A program made the translations under genes and the position numbers. Source: a virus (lineage: Duplodnaviria; Caudoviricetes). From it: DNA of 64,000 nt. The stretch lies in IMG/VR virus record IMGVR_UViG_3300037467_003067, positions 1 to 64,000 of that record; one strand, 5' to 3'. The stretch's first letter is position 1, and each line of letters opens with the position of its first letter. Below, in pieces: positions 1 to 9,154 of this stretch. A model generated the notes under the pieces. That model did not search any database. It saw nothing but the letters and a program-made list of their open reading frames with translations, and had not been told where the DNA came from.

Positions 1-318
1 CTAGAAGGTGTCTTCTTTGAAGGCATCTTCGAATTCTTCTTCAACTGCGTCTTCGCAGTCGGAGTCGTGCGCGATCTGGCTTTCTTGGAGAACCCTGGCG
101 GTGTCATCATCACTCAGGTTGCTCATCATTTCGAATTGTCCACCGTGTCTTTCGGGGCGATGAACCACAATCCCGGCGAAATCTTGACGCCCGACCAATT
201 CTGTGATCAGGTCTTGCTTGGTGGCGAGCGAGAGATCAAGTGAGACTCCGTCATTAGGGAGTCGTCTGGAGATCTCATCAATCAGATCTTGCGTCTTCGC
301 AAGTGAAAGATCCAGCAT
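1..318 (-). CDS. Hypothetical protein with a duplicated LDLSLA(K/T)(T/K)QDLI motif and an acidic C-terminus
   Basis: ATG at 318 has a GGAG RBS and is preferred over the ORF-track start at 390; TAG at 1-3; sigma70 promoter upstream. Confidence 0.7.
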   Translation of the reverse strand: MLDLSLAKTQDLIDEISRRLPNDGVSLDLSLATKQDLITELVGRQDFAGIVVHRPERHGGQFEMMSNLSDDDTARVLQESQIAHDSDCEDAVEEEFEDAFKEDTF

Positions 319-393
319 TGCGGTCGCTCCTGATGATGTGGGGAGGATAGAACGATTAGGCAGTCTTCGCCAAAAAAATCGTTCTATCATGCC

Positions 394-422
394 ATGTTAA
401 CGATGAATGCGTGCGTTGTCAA
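394..422 (-). promoter_or_regulatory. Sigma70-type promoter TTGACA-17-TAACAT
   Basis: Perfect -35 box, 17-nt spacer, near-consensus -10 upstream of the 318 gene. Confidence 0.7.
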
Positions 423-424
423 TC

Positions 425-1039
425 TCATTCAAATGAGATTTCAACTCGCACGGAAGTTTTCAATTTCGGCACACGCAGCTTTGAAGCGAGGCGATGCGTA
501 AGGCATTCTTCGCTGCTGAGATACCAATCGGCATTGCCCTTGTGCTTCTCGACTAAATCGATAAAGTAAGTTTCCGGTTGATCGCAATTTCTCGCCATCA
601 TGCGATAGACGCGATCGTTAAGCAGTCGAGCCTGTGCAGCTTTAGACTCGATCTCCTGAACCTTCTCCCGTCCCCAGCCTATTGAAACGTGGTGAATCAT
701 GATGGTGGCATTGCGATCCATGTAGCGGTGTCCAGGACTTCCGAAGGAGAACAGGATAGCGCCGCACGACATTGCCTTACCATCCACGATGGTGGCTACG
801 GGGATCTCGGAGTGTTCAATTGTCGAGATCATAGCCATGAGGCTGTAAACCTCGCCCCCATAGCTATCGATCAAGATGGGAATGATTGGCTGTTTGATTT
901 CGTGGGCTTGCGCAAATTGGTCTCGAAACTTCTTGACGGAAGCCTCGTCGAAATCGTTGACAGTCACCACGATCGGTTCATCAAGCAAGTCCTTCAGGCT
1001 GCACTTGATACGGGAATCGATTTCGACATATTGTCGCAT
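425..1039 (-). CDS. clpP: ClpP-family protease subunit
   Basis: IDSYGGEV, GKAMSCG (catalytic Ser), IMIHH (catalytic His), DWYLSSEEC. Confidence 0.9.
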   Translation of the reverse strand: MRQYVEIDSRIKCSLKDLLDEPIVVTVNDFDEASVKKFRDQFAQAHEIKQPIIPILIDSYGGEVYSLMAMISTIEHSEIPVATIVDGKAMSCGAILFSFGSPGHRYMDRNATIMIHHVSIGWGREKVQEIESKAAQARLLNDRVYRMMARNCDQPETYFIDLVEKHKGNADWYLSSEECLTHRLASKLRVPKLKTSVRVEISFE

Positions 1040-1065
1040 AATTGGGAATCCTTTCCCTGATTAAG

Positions 1066-1704
1066 TTAAGAAGTTTTGGCGAAATAGACGAGCTTATTAT
1101 CGTCGATCAGCGTCATGCTGGCGGGCGGGATGATTCTTCGGTTGGGACAGAAGCCACAGATTAATTGTGCCACATTCTCGATAAAAGGGCAATGGGAAAT
1201 CAGCAAAGATTTTGGAGGTAATGTTTCTAAAAATCGAATGATTCTATGATTAAATTCTTGGCGTGATTCATTCGCTCCTTTGTCGATCAAATCTTCGGAA
1301 ATTGTCTCGGAAAGATTGAGGAATTTCTGCAAGATCTGCTTGGTTTCCAGACAACGCCTCAGCGGACTACTGAACAATTTGTATTGGGACCAAGAATCAT
1401 CATGGAAAACCTCGATGGCGGCTCGGGTTACGGCGAGTTTGCCGTGCCATGACAGTCCTGGATCGGGATTGATGTCGTAGGAACATTCGGGATCACCATG
1501 ACGGATCATTAGGATTTTTTTAGTGAAGAAAAAGCCGTCATCGTCGGTGAATCTTCCTGTTTCTTCGTCCCAATTGCCAATCAAGAAATCGTTACCCTGT
1601 TTCAGTTCGGGCGGAAGTTTGGAAAAGGCTTCACCATGAGATACGCCAATGACGAGGTTGCCTCGAACGTACACCGCCTTGTGGCATTTTGATTGAGACA
1701 ACAT
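1066..1704 (-). CDS. Histidine phosphatase (phosphoglycerate mutase superfamily) with N-terminal extension
   Basis: MIRHG, SSPLRRCLET and LISH motifs. Confidence 0.85.
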   Translation of the reverse strand: MLSQSKCHKAVYVRGNLVIGVSHGEAFSKLPPELKQGNDFLIGNWDEETGRFTDDDGFFFTKKILMIRHGDPECSYDINPDPGLSWHGKLAVTRAAIEVFHDDSWSQYKLFSSPLRRCLETKQILQKFLNLSETISEDLIDKGANESRQEFNHRIIRFLETLPPKSLLISHCPFIENVAQLICGFCPNRRIIPPASMTLIDDNKLVYFAKTS

Positions 1705-1725
1705 CTTTTTATCCTTGAAAATATT

Positions 1726-2169
1726 TTAGATTGTCACTCTCGGGTCAGATGTGTTGAATATCCCTTCTTTGACGTGATATACAACCTGTCCCTCCCGGTC
1801 GGCAAATTCAGCTTCCGTGTACCAATCGTCGGGGACTCGGGGCAATCCTTGAGATGGACTTATCATACCATAAGAAGCCCCTGGTTTGTAGACAAAAAAT
1901 TGATTGCGAGCGAATGGCAATCGCCCTTCCCAGCCGGTCCCATTGTTCATCACAAGTCTTTCCCAAGGTATATTGATTAATTCTTGTGTGTTGGGATCTC
2001 TGTACTCCCCTTGGGGGTGATAGATCTCGAACTTGGGATCGATGTAGGCGATAGTGAGCGACACGGGGAACCCTCGGGCATCTGGCAAGGTGATCTTCAT
2101 GGATGGTCTGAGGGCGAGGTGGGGCATCTCCATCAGCAACCATTCTTTAAAATTTAATTCTATACTCAT
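1726..2169 (-). CDS. Hypothetical protein, candidate internal head protein
   Basis: 147-aa ORF; N-terminal NFKEWLLME motif; upstream CTAAATAA. Confidence 0.7.
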   Translation of the reverse strand: MSIELNFKEWLLMEMPHLALRPSMKITLPDARGFPVSLTIAYIDPKFEIYHPQGEYRDPNTQELINIPWERLVMNNGTGWEGRLPFARNQFFVYKPGASYGMISPSQGLPRVPDDWYTEAEFADREGQVVYHVKEGIFNTSDPRVTI

Positions 2170-2423
2170 ACATTTTCCAATTGCGTGGAATTTCCCTGGG
2201 ATACCACTTATTTAGGGCTGTCGGCGTCTTTTAGTGGGAAAAACTAATTTGAGAAAATTCTGAGATTTGGGGTTGTACGATCAACAAGGGGTTTGCTAAT
2301 TTGTCGCCGTGGCTTTGAGAAAAGGTTTTGAAACCCAATCATGAGGAGGACGTTACAGGTTGATCTTTAATGGATTGGAAGGACCGATCCATCTTGTTTT
2401 ACAACGAGGGAGCAGTGACATCA

Positions 2424-3080
2424 ATGTACGGCGTTCTTCTTCTAACGCTTTTTGCGCAAACCCCTTCCCCAAAACCCGTCGACCTCCAGCAAGAGTTGCT
2501 CGATCGTCTTCGCAAAGTGGAGGCGAGACTCGATCAGTTGACGAAGCAGAATGAATCCCCTTCGCAGGAAAATCAAAAACCCGCTGATCCTCCAAAAACT
2601 GCAGCGGCGAAACCTCCTGCCGAGCAACTCTCAGACCTTCACAGCGTCTTGATCCGGCGAACCGATGGACGCACGATTCAGTGCAATGCCCGCAAAGTTC
2701 TCCAGGGACATCCTACCCGCATCGGCAAGTGGGTGGTGTACCAAGAGATCAGGTCCGATCCTTGGGGCTTCTTGAACTGGCTCAACAATGTGCGGATTCG
2801 CGCCGGTCTAGCCTTGGTTCGGTATGATGCCAATCTCTCGGCATGGGCAGCCCTCAACAATCCTCCCCAACTTGCTGCTGGCGCGTCGGGGCATCACGTG
2901 AATCCTAATGCCTGGCAAGTCGCCTTCTTCGGTCCTACGAACGCCGTAGACGCCGGTAACGGCTTCCTCGCCAGTCCAGGACACGCATCGGTCTTGCTCG
3001 ATCCTGCCATCACCACGGTAGGGATTGCGGCTTCCGCCGATAGTCGCGGCTGGGCTTGGACTGTCAATGCCTTGAGGTAA
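2424..3080 (+). CDS. Secreted CAP/SCP-domain protein
   Basis: Signal-like MYGVLLLTLFAQ after GAGGGAG RBS; LNNVRIRAGL...LSAWA...SPGHASVLLDPAITTVGIA. Confidence 0.75.
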   Translation: MYGVLLLTLFAQTPSPKPVDLQQELLDRLRKVEARLDQLTKQNESPSQENQKPADPPKTAAAKPPAEQLSDLHSVLIRRTDGRTIQCNARKVLQGHPTRIGKWVVYQEIRSDPWGFLNWLNNVRIRAGLALVRYDANLSAWAALNNPPQLAAGASGHHVNPNAWQVAFFGPTNAVDAGNGFLASPGHASVLLDPAITTVGIAASADSRGWAWTVNALR

Positions 3081-3102
3081 ATGGATATCTCCAGGCAATT
3101 CA

Positions 3103-3142
3103 AAAACGCCCTCGTCTAATGGATTTTAGACGAGGGCGTTTT
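3103..3142. terminator. Bidirectional intrinsic terminator
   Basis: aaaacgccctcgtctaa / ttagacgagggcgtttt inverted repeat between convergent genes. Confidence 0.85.
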
Positions 3143-3143
3143 C

Positions 3144-3782
3144 TTAGGCATTGGCTGGCATGTTGTTGAGAGCTTCTGGTGACTCGATCTGGTGGACCAC
3201 GCCCTCGTCAAGCTTGCCGATCCGCTTGTAATACTTGACGAAGTTCCAGAATTCGCTCGTGTGGGGATGTCGGTCTTCCCAGATCTCGACGGATCGGATC
3301 GAGGGGAACTCCCGGAGAGTCGCCTGGATCGTATTCAACTTGAATTGAAGCGTGGGTAGACCCGTCGACCCATAATGGTAGCGATCGAAATATATCCCGT
3401 AAGCATCAAGGATCGTCTTACAGATGTGTTCTTTGGTCCCATGATACGTATGGGACATGCCGATGTGCCTCCCGGTCATCAGGACGCTTATACAGTCGGG
3501 ATCGGTTTGCTTCTCCTTGACCGTTTTAACAAGCTCGTGGTTGAGTCGGTCTTGGGGTGGGACGAGTCGGTTATTCTCGTCCCACTTACCGAAGATGGGC
3601 GGAAGCAGGGTTTCTTTTCTCCCCCACCATCCCTGGAACCGTCGCGGCGGCATGCCATTGTCCGCGAGCCACATGTCGTAATATTGTCTGGCTGGTACGC
3701 CCTCGATGAGGTCGGTATCACTGGGGGTATACACCAACGTGTCATCGAAATCGGCTATTAAGAGCTTAGTATACTTTGGCAT
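3144..3782 (-). CDS. HAD phosphatase, Swiss-Army-Knife RNA-repair type (HAD_SAK-like)
   Basis: DFDDTLVYTP, WW, LMTGR, TLQFK and IWEDRHPH motifs; adjacent to the CCA enzyme. Confidence 0.75.
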   Translation of the reverse strand: MPKYTKLLIADFDDTLVYTPSDTDLIEGVPARQYYDMWLADNGMPPRRFQGWWGRKETLLPPIFGKWDENNRLVPPQDRLNHELVKTVKEKQTDPDCISVLMTGRHIGMSHTYHGTKEHICKTILDAYGIYFDRYHYGSTGLPTLQFKLNTIQATLREFPSIRSVEIWEDRHPHTSEFWNFVKYYKRIGKLDEGVVHQIESPEALNNMPANA

Positions 3783-3801
3783 GTTTATTCAGATTCCCTT
3801 C

Positions 3802-3841
3802 GTGAACTATCCTCGACCCTAAAGGGTCGAGGATAGTTCAC
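3802..3841. repeat. Perfect 19-bp-arm palindrome
   Basis: gtgaactatcctcgaccct-aa-agggtcgaggatagttcac. Confidence 0.9.
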
Positions 3842-3870
3842 AGAATTCAGAGTATGACTTGGTTACTTTG

Positions 3871-3903
3871 CATTTAGAGCATGTTTTATCCATGCTCTAA
3901 ATG
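3871..3903. repeat. 13-bp-arm inverted repeat
   Basis: catttagagcatg-ttttatc-catgctctaaatg. Confidence 0.85.
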
Positions 3904-3934
3904 AGTATTGTGCCGTCAAAATCTTTAAAATTTC

Positions 3935-5467
3935 TTAGACTTTCGCCCGAGGTTGATAACTTCGGTAGAGGTCCAAGAAATTACCGTGTTCTTTGTCTCG
4001 TTTGAGTTTGCCGATCATCTGACCCATACCAGGCAGTGGGTTGTTGTCGATCGGGTTGAAAAGATGGCTGAAGTCTGGGTTCATCTTTTCGTCGCCGGTC
4101 TCATCGTCCAAAAGTGTCGTCTTCACCCTAGGATTTTTGGCGAAATCCAGGAAGGCTCGGAGCAACTCGGGATTACCCTTCTTGTTGTGATTCCACCACG
4201 CCTCGACCGACCTTCCCATGATCCCACTGCGGTTATAACCGTGAAGGAATCCGTCAAGATCATCGGCATTCATGTTGGGGTGCAAGCTGAGTATCTTATG
4301 CAGGAATGCGACTCGGGTGATGTCCTCGTTTTTCCACTTCCCTTCCCTCAGCGCCTTCTCGATTACGCTGGGATGGTTGCCGCGAAGCAGCGAAGCGACC
4401 ACGACGGCTCGGTCGCGATCCTTGGGGTAATCCTCCAGAGTGTCCAACTTGATTGACATGCCAGGGAAGACGACTTCCAACAACCCGAGTTGTTTGTATA
4501 TCTGGACCAATTTCACCGGATCGGTGTCGTCGTTCTCCAATCCCTTGACGAATTCCTGCTGGATTCGTTCGGGCGAGATCACGTTGCGGATCTTGGGGGC
4601 GACTTCTTTGATCTTCTTGGCGACTTCGGGGTCGATCTTGCCGCCGCCGAATCGAGCCGCGAACCTGGCGTATCTCAGCGCCCTCAACAGGTCTTCCTCA
4701 AGGCGATCTTCTGCCTTGCCGACGAACTTGACGTTACCTCCTTCAAGGTCGTGGACACCGCCGTGGAAGTCGGTAATTTGGTTGTTGGGACCGTCGGGAT
4801 TGTTGAGCAGCAGATAGAGGCTGTTGATCGTGAGGTCTCGCCGAGCAGCGTCGTCGGCATGACCGCCGAAAGACATTTGGTCTGGAAACCTGCCATCGCT
4901 GCCGTGGCTGTCCTTGCGGAAAGTGGCGAGTTCGAATTCCTGACCGCCGACTTTGACGCCGAAGACGAAGTCGGTTCCAGCCTTGTCCTTGCCCTTGACG
5001 TAGAAGACCTTGCCATCGGGGGAACTTGCTCCGGACCGGTCCTTGTGGAGTTCCTTGAAGCCGTTGTCGGAGAGGATCATGCGGATTTCATCCGGCGAGG
5101 CATCGGTTGCCAGGTCGATATCGTGCGGGGTCTTCCCCTTGAGATGGTCGCGTACAGCCCCGCCCACCATGTACAATGTCTTGGACCCGAGGGTGTGCGG
5201 CTTGGCTTCGCCGTCCTTGCTGATCGAGTTATAGACTTTGACTTTTTTGCTGTCCTGAAATGCGCGGACGATGGGGGCGAGATTCTTGTTTGAGGGATAA
5301 GCTGGGTTGCGATTGTCATCGGTCACGATGAAAGGCTTGAACCCGTTATCTTTGCCCAAAACGATCGAACTGGTGATGCCTGGCTTCTTTTCGCTGCCAT
5401 TCCCCTTCTCATCCATTTCACGCAACAGGATGTATTCCCTGAAATTTGTCGCTCTGTGTTGCGGCAT
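3935..5467 (-). CDS. cca: Class II tRNA nucleotidyltransferase (CCA-adding enzyme)
   Basis: VGGAVRD, DIDLAT, ATFRKD, RRDLTIN, EDLLR (EDxxR templating motif), SPERI; the poly(A)-polymerase GRRF signature is absent. Confidence 0.9.
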   Translation of the reverse strand: MPQHRATNFREYILLREMDEKGNGSEKKPGITSSIVLGKDNGFKPFIVTDDNRNPAYPSNKNLAPIVRAFQDSKKVKVYNSISKDGEAKPHTLGSKTLYMVGGAVRDHLKGKTPHDIDLATDASPDEIRMILSDNGFKELHKDRSGASSPDGKVFYVKGKDKAGTDFVFGVKVGGQEFELATFRKDSHGSDGRFPDQMSFGGHADDAARRDLTINSLYLLLNNPDGPNNQITDFHGGVHDLEGGNVKFVGKAEDRLEEDLLRALRYARFAARFGGGKIDPEVAKKIKEVAPKIRNVISPERIQQEFVKGLENDDTDPVKLVQIYKQLGLLEVVFPGMSIKLDTLEDYPKDRDRAVVVASLLRGNHPSVIEKALREGKWKNEDITRVAFLHKILSLHPNMNADDLDGFLHGYNRSGIMGRSVEAWWNHNKKGNPELLRAFLDFAKNPRVKTTLLDDETGDEKMNPDFSHLFNPIDNNPLPGMGQMIGKLKRDKEHGNFLDLYRSYQPRAKV

Positions 5468-5549
5468 ACTTTCCTCAATTCTTGAATTTTATATTAAATA
5501 CGACCGACCTCTTGATAGGTTATTTATCGGTTTGCTAATCTTTTCATCC

Positions 5550-6149
5550 TTAATACATGTTTTTTGCGATCAAATCTCTGAAATGGTTTTCAATCGCGAT
5601 GGGGAAGCAGTTTCGTTCGGTGTTCTGGACCCGCTTGCGCAGGGATTCCACGGAATCATCAGGAGCGACCTTGATAATCTGCTGGAGGATGATTCGTCCT
5701 CTATCATATTCCTTATCACAGACGTGAACGGTGCAACCTGTGGCTTCATCTCCGGATTCCAAGACTGCCTTGTGGACGCGGTCGCCGTACATGCCCTTGC
5801 CTCCATACCTGGGCAGGAGTGAAGGGTGGATATTGAGGACCCGTTCCTCATAGTTGGGCGGAATCTTGAGTAACCGATCGTAACCTGCCAGGATAATGAG
5901 ACCAGGATTGTAGACTTCCACGAGGTTGTGAAAATCACTGTCCCATTTTTCTCGGGGCGGATATATCTTCGGGTCAAGGGTCCAGTAAGGGATATCCCAC
6001 TTGTTGGCTACGTCGGCGGCACTGATGTTGGCGTGATTGGCGATGACGCAGACGATCTTCGCGTCCAACTTTTTGTGGTGAATTTTTGCACATAAATTCT
6101 CCAATGTCGTGCCAGCGCCAGAAACTAATACCATCAGCGTGCGTTGCAT
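5550..6149 (-). CDS. purN: Phosphoribosylglycinamide formyltransferase
   Basis: LVSGAGTTL, LAGY, LNIHPSLLPRYGG, TGCTVH, YDRGRIILQ. Confidence 0.92.
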   Translation of the reverse strand: MQRTLMVLVSGAGTTLENLCAKIHHKKLDAKIVCVIANHANISAADVANKWDIPYWTLDPKIYPPREKWDSDFHNLVEVYNPGLIILAGYDRLLKIPPNYEERVLNIHPSLLPRYGGKGMYGDRVHKAVLESGDEATGCTVHVCDKEYDRGRIILQQIIKVAPDDSVESLRKRVQNTERNCFPIAIENHFRDLIAKNMY

Positions 6150-6175
6150 GTAATCGAACCTTTACATTTGCCACC

Positions 6176-6210
6176 TAAAAACTCCCATTCGTTGGTTAGA
6201 CGAATGGGAG
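6176..6210 (-). terminator. Terminator-like hairpin in the purN leader
   Basis: ctcccattcgt / acgaatgggag stem followed by TTTTT on the minus strand. Confidence 0.65.
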
Positions 6211-6229
6211 CCACGAGTGATGAAGAGGT

Positions 6230-6258
6230 ATCATAATCGATCGATAGCGATAGGTCAA
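6230..6258 (-). promoter_or_regulatory. Sigma70-type promoter TTGACC-17-TATGAT
   Basis: Near-consensus boxes with 17-nt spacer upstream of purN. Confidence 0.65.
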
Positions 6259-6266
6259 CTGATAAA

Positions 6267-6671
6267 TCATGAAATTGGGGGCGGATTGTAACCTAATCGG
6301 TAAAGGAGATAGGCAGCAGTCGCCACCCAAAGGATTTTGCCAACCCAATCAAAAATTACTTTCCATCTATTATCATGGGTACTCTCTTTAAGTATGAGAG
6401 TATGGATTTGCTTTTCTATCTCAAAAATCCTATCGCGGCTTTTCTCGACCGTAATTTTCAAATCGGATTCGTTCTTACTTTCCAGCACCGATACGCGACT
6501 TACCAGACTGTTGATGGTCTCGCGGATCTCGTGCAGATGAATTTCCGATTTTGCCTGACGTTCCAATAGCACCTTCACTCGTTCGTCCATTCGAAGGGCG
6601 GTTTCTTGAATGACGCCCATGGCCTCCGTGACATGAGCGAGGTCGGATTTGGGCACATATTGTTCGCTCAT
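6267..6671 (-). CDS. Coiled-coil protein with C-terminal TM helix (XhlA/holin-like)
   Basis: Heptad-rich body; ILWVATAAYLLY hydrophobic tail; AGGA RBS. Confidence 0.6.
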   Translation of the reverse strand: MSEQYVPKSDLAHVTEAMGVIQETALRMDERVKVLLERQAKSEIHLHEIRETINSLVSRVSVLESKNESDLKITVEKSRDRIFEIEKQIHTLILKESTHDNRWKVIFDWVGKILWVATAAYLLYRLGYNPPPIS

Positions 6672-6720
6672 AGGCTTTTCCTTTTAAAAAGAGTTACCGG
6701 CATCGTTATATACCTCTATT

Positions 6721-7203
6721 ATGAGTGAAAAACCTAATGAGACTGACCAGATACCAACTACTAGTGATTTTGACCAAATCATACCGGCAATGAACGTTGC
6801 AGTGCCTCAGATCCCGGCTCAGGAAGAACAGAATAATCTTATTTCCGATGACATGATCCTAGGCATTTACAGCGAAGTGCTAAATACAATTCGTCAAGAC
6901 CGTGTAGAGGTTTCTGATATATTAAATAATTTTTGTGATATGGTCATGAATGATGGGGACAGTTCCAGTGCCTCCAAGGAGGCGATCGTCAATTTGGTCC
7001 GAGCCAAATTGGACTCGTCGGACAAGATGGCGAAGATTGCCGACCTCATGACCAGAATCAAGTTGAGGGACCGGGACACCTACCCGAAGTATTTGAATGC
7101 CACGCAGGAGAACACGATCAACATCGGGGACGGTGCCAAGAGTGAATTGCTGCGGCGACTGAACCAGGCACAAAAGAAAAAGAAAAAGGAGACGGGAGCA
7201 TGA
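6721..7203 (+). CDS. Hypothetical protein, possibly T4 gp16-like terminase small subunit
   Basis: Helical ...SSDKMAKIADL...NTINIGDGAKSELLRRL pattern loosely resembling gp16; the gene is likely real but the function is tentative. Confidence 0.4.
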   Translation: MSEKPNETDQIPTTSDFDQIIPAMNVAVPQIPAQEEQNNLISDDMILGIYSEVLNTIRQDRVEVSDILNNFCDMVMNDGDSSSASKEAIVNLVRAKLDSSDKMAKIADLMTRIKLRDRDTYPKYLNATQENTINIGDGAKSELLRRLNQAQKKKKKETGA

Positions 7204-8507
7204 GTCGGGTCAATTACATCAACAATATATGGCATCTTCTCAAGGAAGACGGAGCCGATCAGCCATCGGGTCAGCCGCCCGTATCGACGCCCGGCACGCC
7301 GGGAGACCCGATGGGCGACAATCCCGGTCCGATACCGCCTCAGGGCGGTTCCCCCGATCCCAACGTGGCTGCCCCGCCATCCGACCCCAATTTTGCCCCC
7401 GATGATGTCAACGACGATCCGCAGGCTCCCGACATACCGGATCAGAAAAACGATCTCCATTTCGAGGAATGGAGGAATCAATTTTTCAAGGAGTCGATCA
7501 AGGGCAATTCCAACATCTTGATTGATCTGATCAATCAAGTTCGCGACCGAGAGTTGGAATCGAATCAGAGGAAATTCGTCGAGGACAATTTACAGATACA
7601 GTTCCTTCGCCAGCAAGCCAATGTGGTCCAGGCGTCGAAGGAGATTCGCAAGAACGTCAACGAGGATCTCGACCGGAACAACCCGGCAAATTCTTTGGTC
7701 AAGCACATCGACGAGGCGTTGCAATCGCAGCGATTGCTCGTGGACAATTTCATCAAGATTACGGGATATCTGGGGATGAAGGGCGATCTTCACCGCAAGT
7801 ATCTTGCCGCCCTCTTGGGCGCTGTCCAGGTCGGTAGCGGTGCCAGCAACGAAGATATTATTTTGAATGACAACGAGTATGCGGTCAACCTTTCGACCAG
7901 AATAGCGAGTGATTTTGGTCGATTCGACCTAGGAACCTGGACTTTGAAGGCAAATGATGCCGAGCGATTCCTCTCCGACCCGGAATTGAAACGATTGGAG
8001 AATGGCAGCCCAGAAGAGCGAGAAGTATTGAGGCATCGGATCATCATTGACTCGATGGTGAATCGATTCGTCAAGCGGGGATTTATTCTGACAGTTGTTG
8101 GGGACGATGGCACTTTATACAATATCGGTTGGGACGTAGCCACATGTCTTAAGGCATCTTATGTGAGCGGCAAGTTGGTCGTTCGCACCAAGAATTCCGA
8201 CAACTCTGAGGTGATGTTTGGTGCCAACGGGATGGAGGTTTCCATCATGGATCTTGATATTCGCTATGTCAAGGAGACGGGGGAGACTAACGCGCAGGGG
8301 AAACCCAAGAAGCACGATGTTCCCTTCATCGAACGCCGTGATGGCATGCTGTTCTTGGTCGCACCACTGGACGTTCTCCAAGAGACTGCGAATACGCTTC
8401 AGGGGATTACCGTCAAGGAAATTCCTTATCAAGGCAATCCCAGCGACCTACAGACCCTTACTCGTTGTGTTTATAGTGCCACCGAAATGATAATGAGGCA
8501 ATGTTAA
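7200..8507 (+). CDS. Hypothetical protein with Pro-rich N-terminus (likely virion/head-associated)
   Basis: 435-aa ORF, ATGA overlap with the upstream gene. Confidence 0.75.
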   Translation: MSRVNYINNIWHLLKEDGADQPSGQPPVSTPGTPGDPMGDNPGPIPPQGGSPDPNVAAPPSDPNFAPDDVNDDPQAPDIPDQKNDLHFEEWRNQFFKESIKGNSNILIDLINQVRDRELESNQRKFVEDNLQIQFLRQQANVVQASKEIRKNVNEDLDRNNPANSLVKHIDEALQSQRLLVDNFIKITGYLGMKGDLHRKYLAALLGAVQVGSGASNEDIILNDNEYAVNLSTRIASDFGRFDLGTWTLKANDAERFLSDPELKRLENGSPEEREVLRHRIIIDSMVNRFVKRGFILTVVGDDGTLYNIGWDVATCLKASYVSGKLVVRTKNSDNSEVMFGANGMEVSIMDLDIRYVKETGETNAQGKPKKHDVPFIERRDGMLFLVAPLDVLQETANTLQGITVKEIPYQGNPSDLQTLTRCVYSATEMIMRQC

Positions 8508-8528
8508 TTTAAAAGTGTAAAATAAAAT

Positions 8529-9143
8529 ATGAAGACTTTTAACGAATATTACCAGGCGAGAGTCCAAGAGAATTGGATCATGGATTTGGCTGATAAATTC
8601 CTGGCCAAGTACAAGATGAGCGATTACGGCTTGCGAGGGACACGACCACCTGGACCTACTTCTCCCACTGGACGATTCCCGACCCCGCAGTATCCCACGT
8701 CGAACACCCCGGCATCTCGACCGGAAGATTCAAACGATGCGGATATGGGCAAGATACAGTATCATCCGGGAATCGATGACGACACCCCGAGCCATGCGAC
8801 CGATCCGATGTCGCAATGGAATGTCAATTGGCGAAATGTGGTTGATAATCCGGGTTCCGTCGATGACGATCTGAGGAAATTGGTCTACAAGAAGATTGAG
8901 GAAATCCTTGCCGACAACGGCAGCCAAGTTCGCCAGCCTTCCGACGTCTTCGCGATCCTGAACCAAGATCCGGGAATCCAGGAGTACCTATCTCGGGTCA
9001 ATAAGTCGCAGCGTGGTGCCTTTACTCGCAAGGCGAATTCGCTTTGGGCTAACAAGGCAAAACCGCTCCAGATGCATTACGGCGAACCCGATAGCAACTC
9101 GCCGAATCAGACGGCTGACCAGATGTTCCGAACCATCAGATGA
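8529..9143 (+). CDS. Hypothetical protein, candidate internal head protein
   Basis: Starts MKTFNEYYQARVQE. Confidence 0.75.
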   Translation: MKTFNEYYQARVQENWIMDLADKFLAKYKMSDYGLRGTRPPGPTSPTGRFPTPQYPTSNTPASRPEDSNDADMGKIQYHPGIDDDTPSHATDPMSQWNVNWRNVVDNPGSVDDDLRKLVYKKIEEILADNGSQVRQPSDVFAILNQDPGIQEYLSRVNKSQRGAFTRKANSLWANKAKPLQMHYGEPDSNSPNQTADQMFRTIR

Positions 9144-9154
9144 GGACTTGATTC

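Noticed and set aside
2170-2420. tRNA or ncRNA in the larger intergenic gaps (also 50640-50768)
   Set aside because: No cloverleaf, T-loop or recognisable RNA family by eye; tRNAscan-SE and Infernal were not run
3935-5467. Poly(A) polymerase assignment
   Set aside because: It lacks the PAP-specific GRRF-type signature and retains the EDxxR and RKD loop features of CCA enzymes
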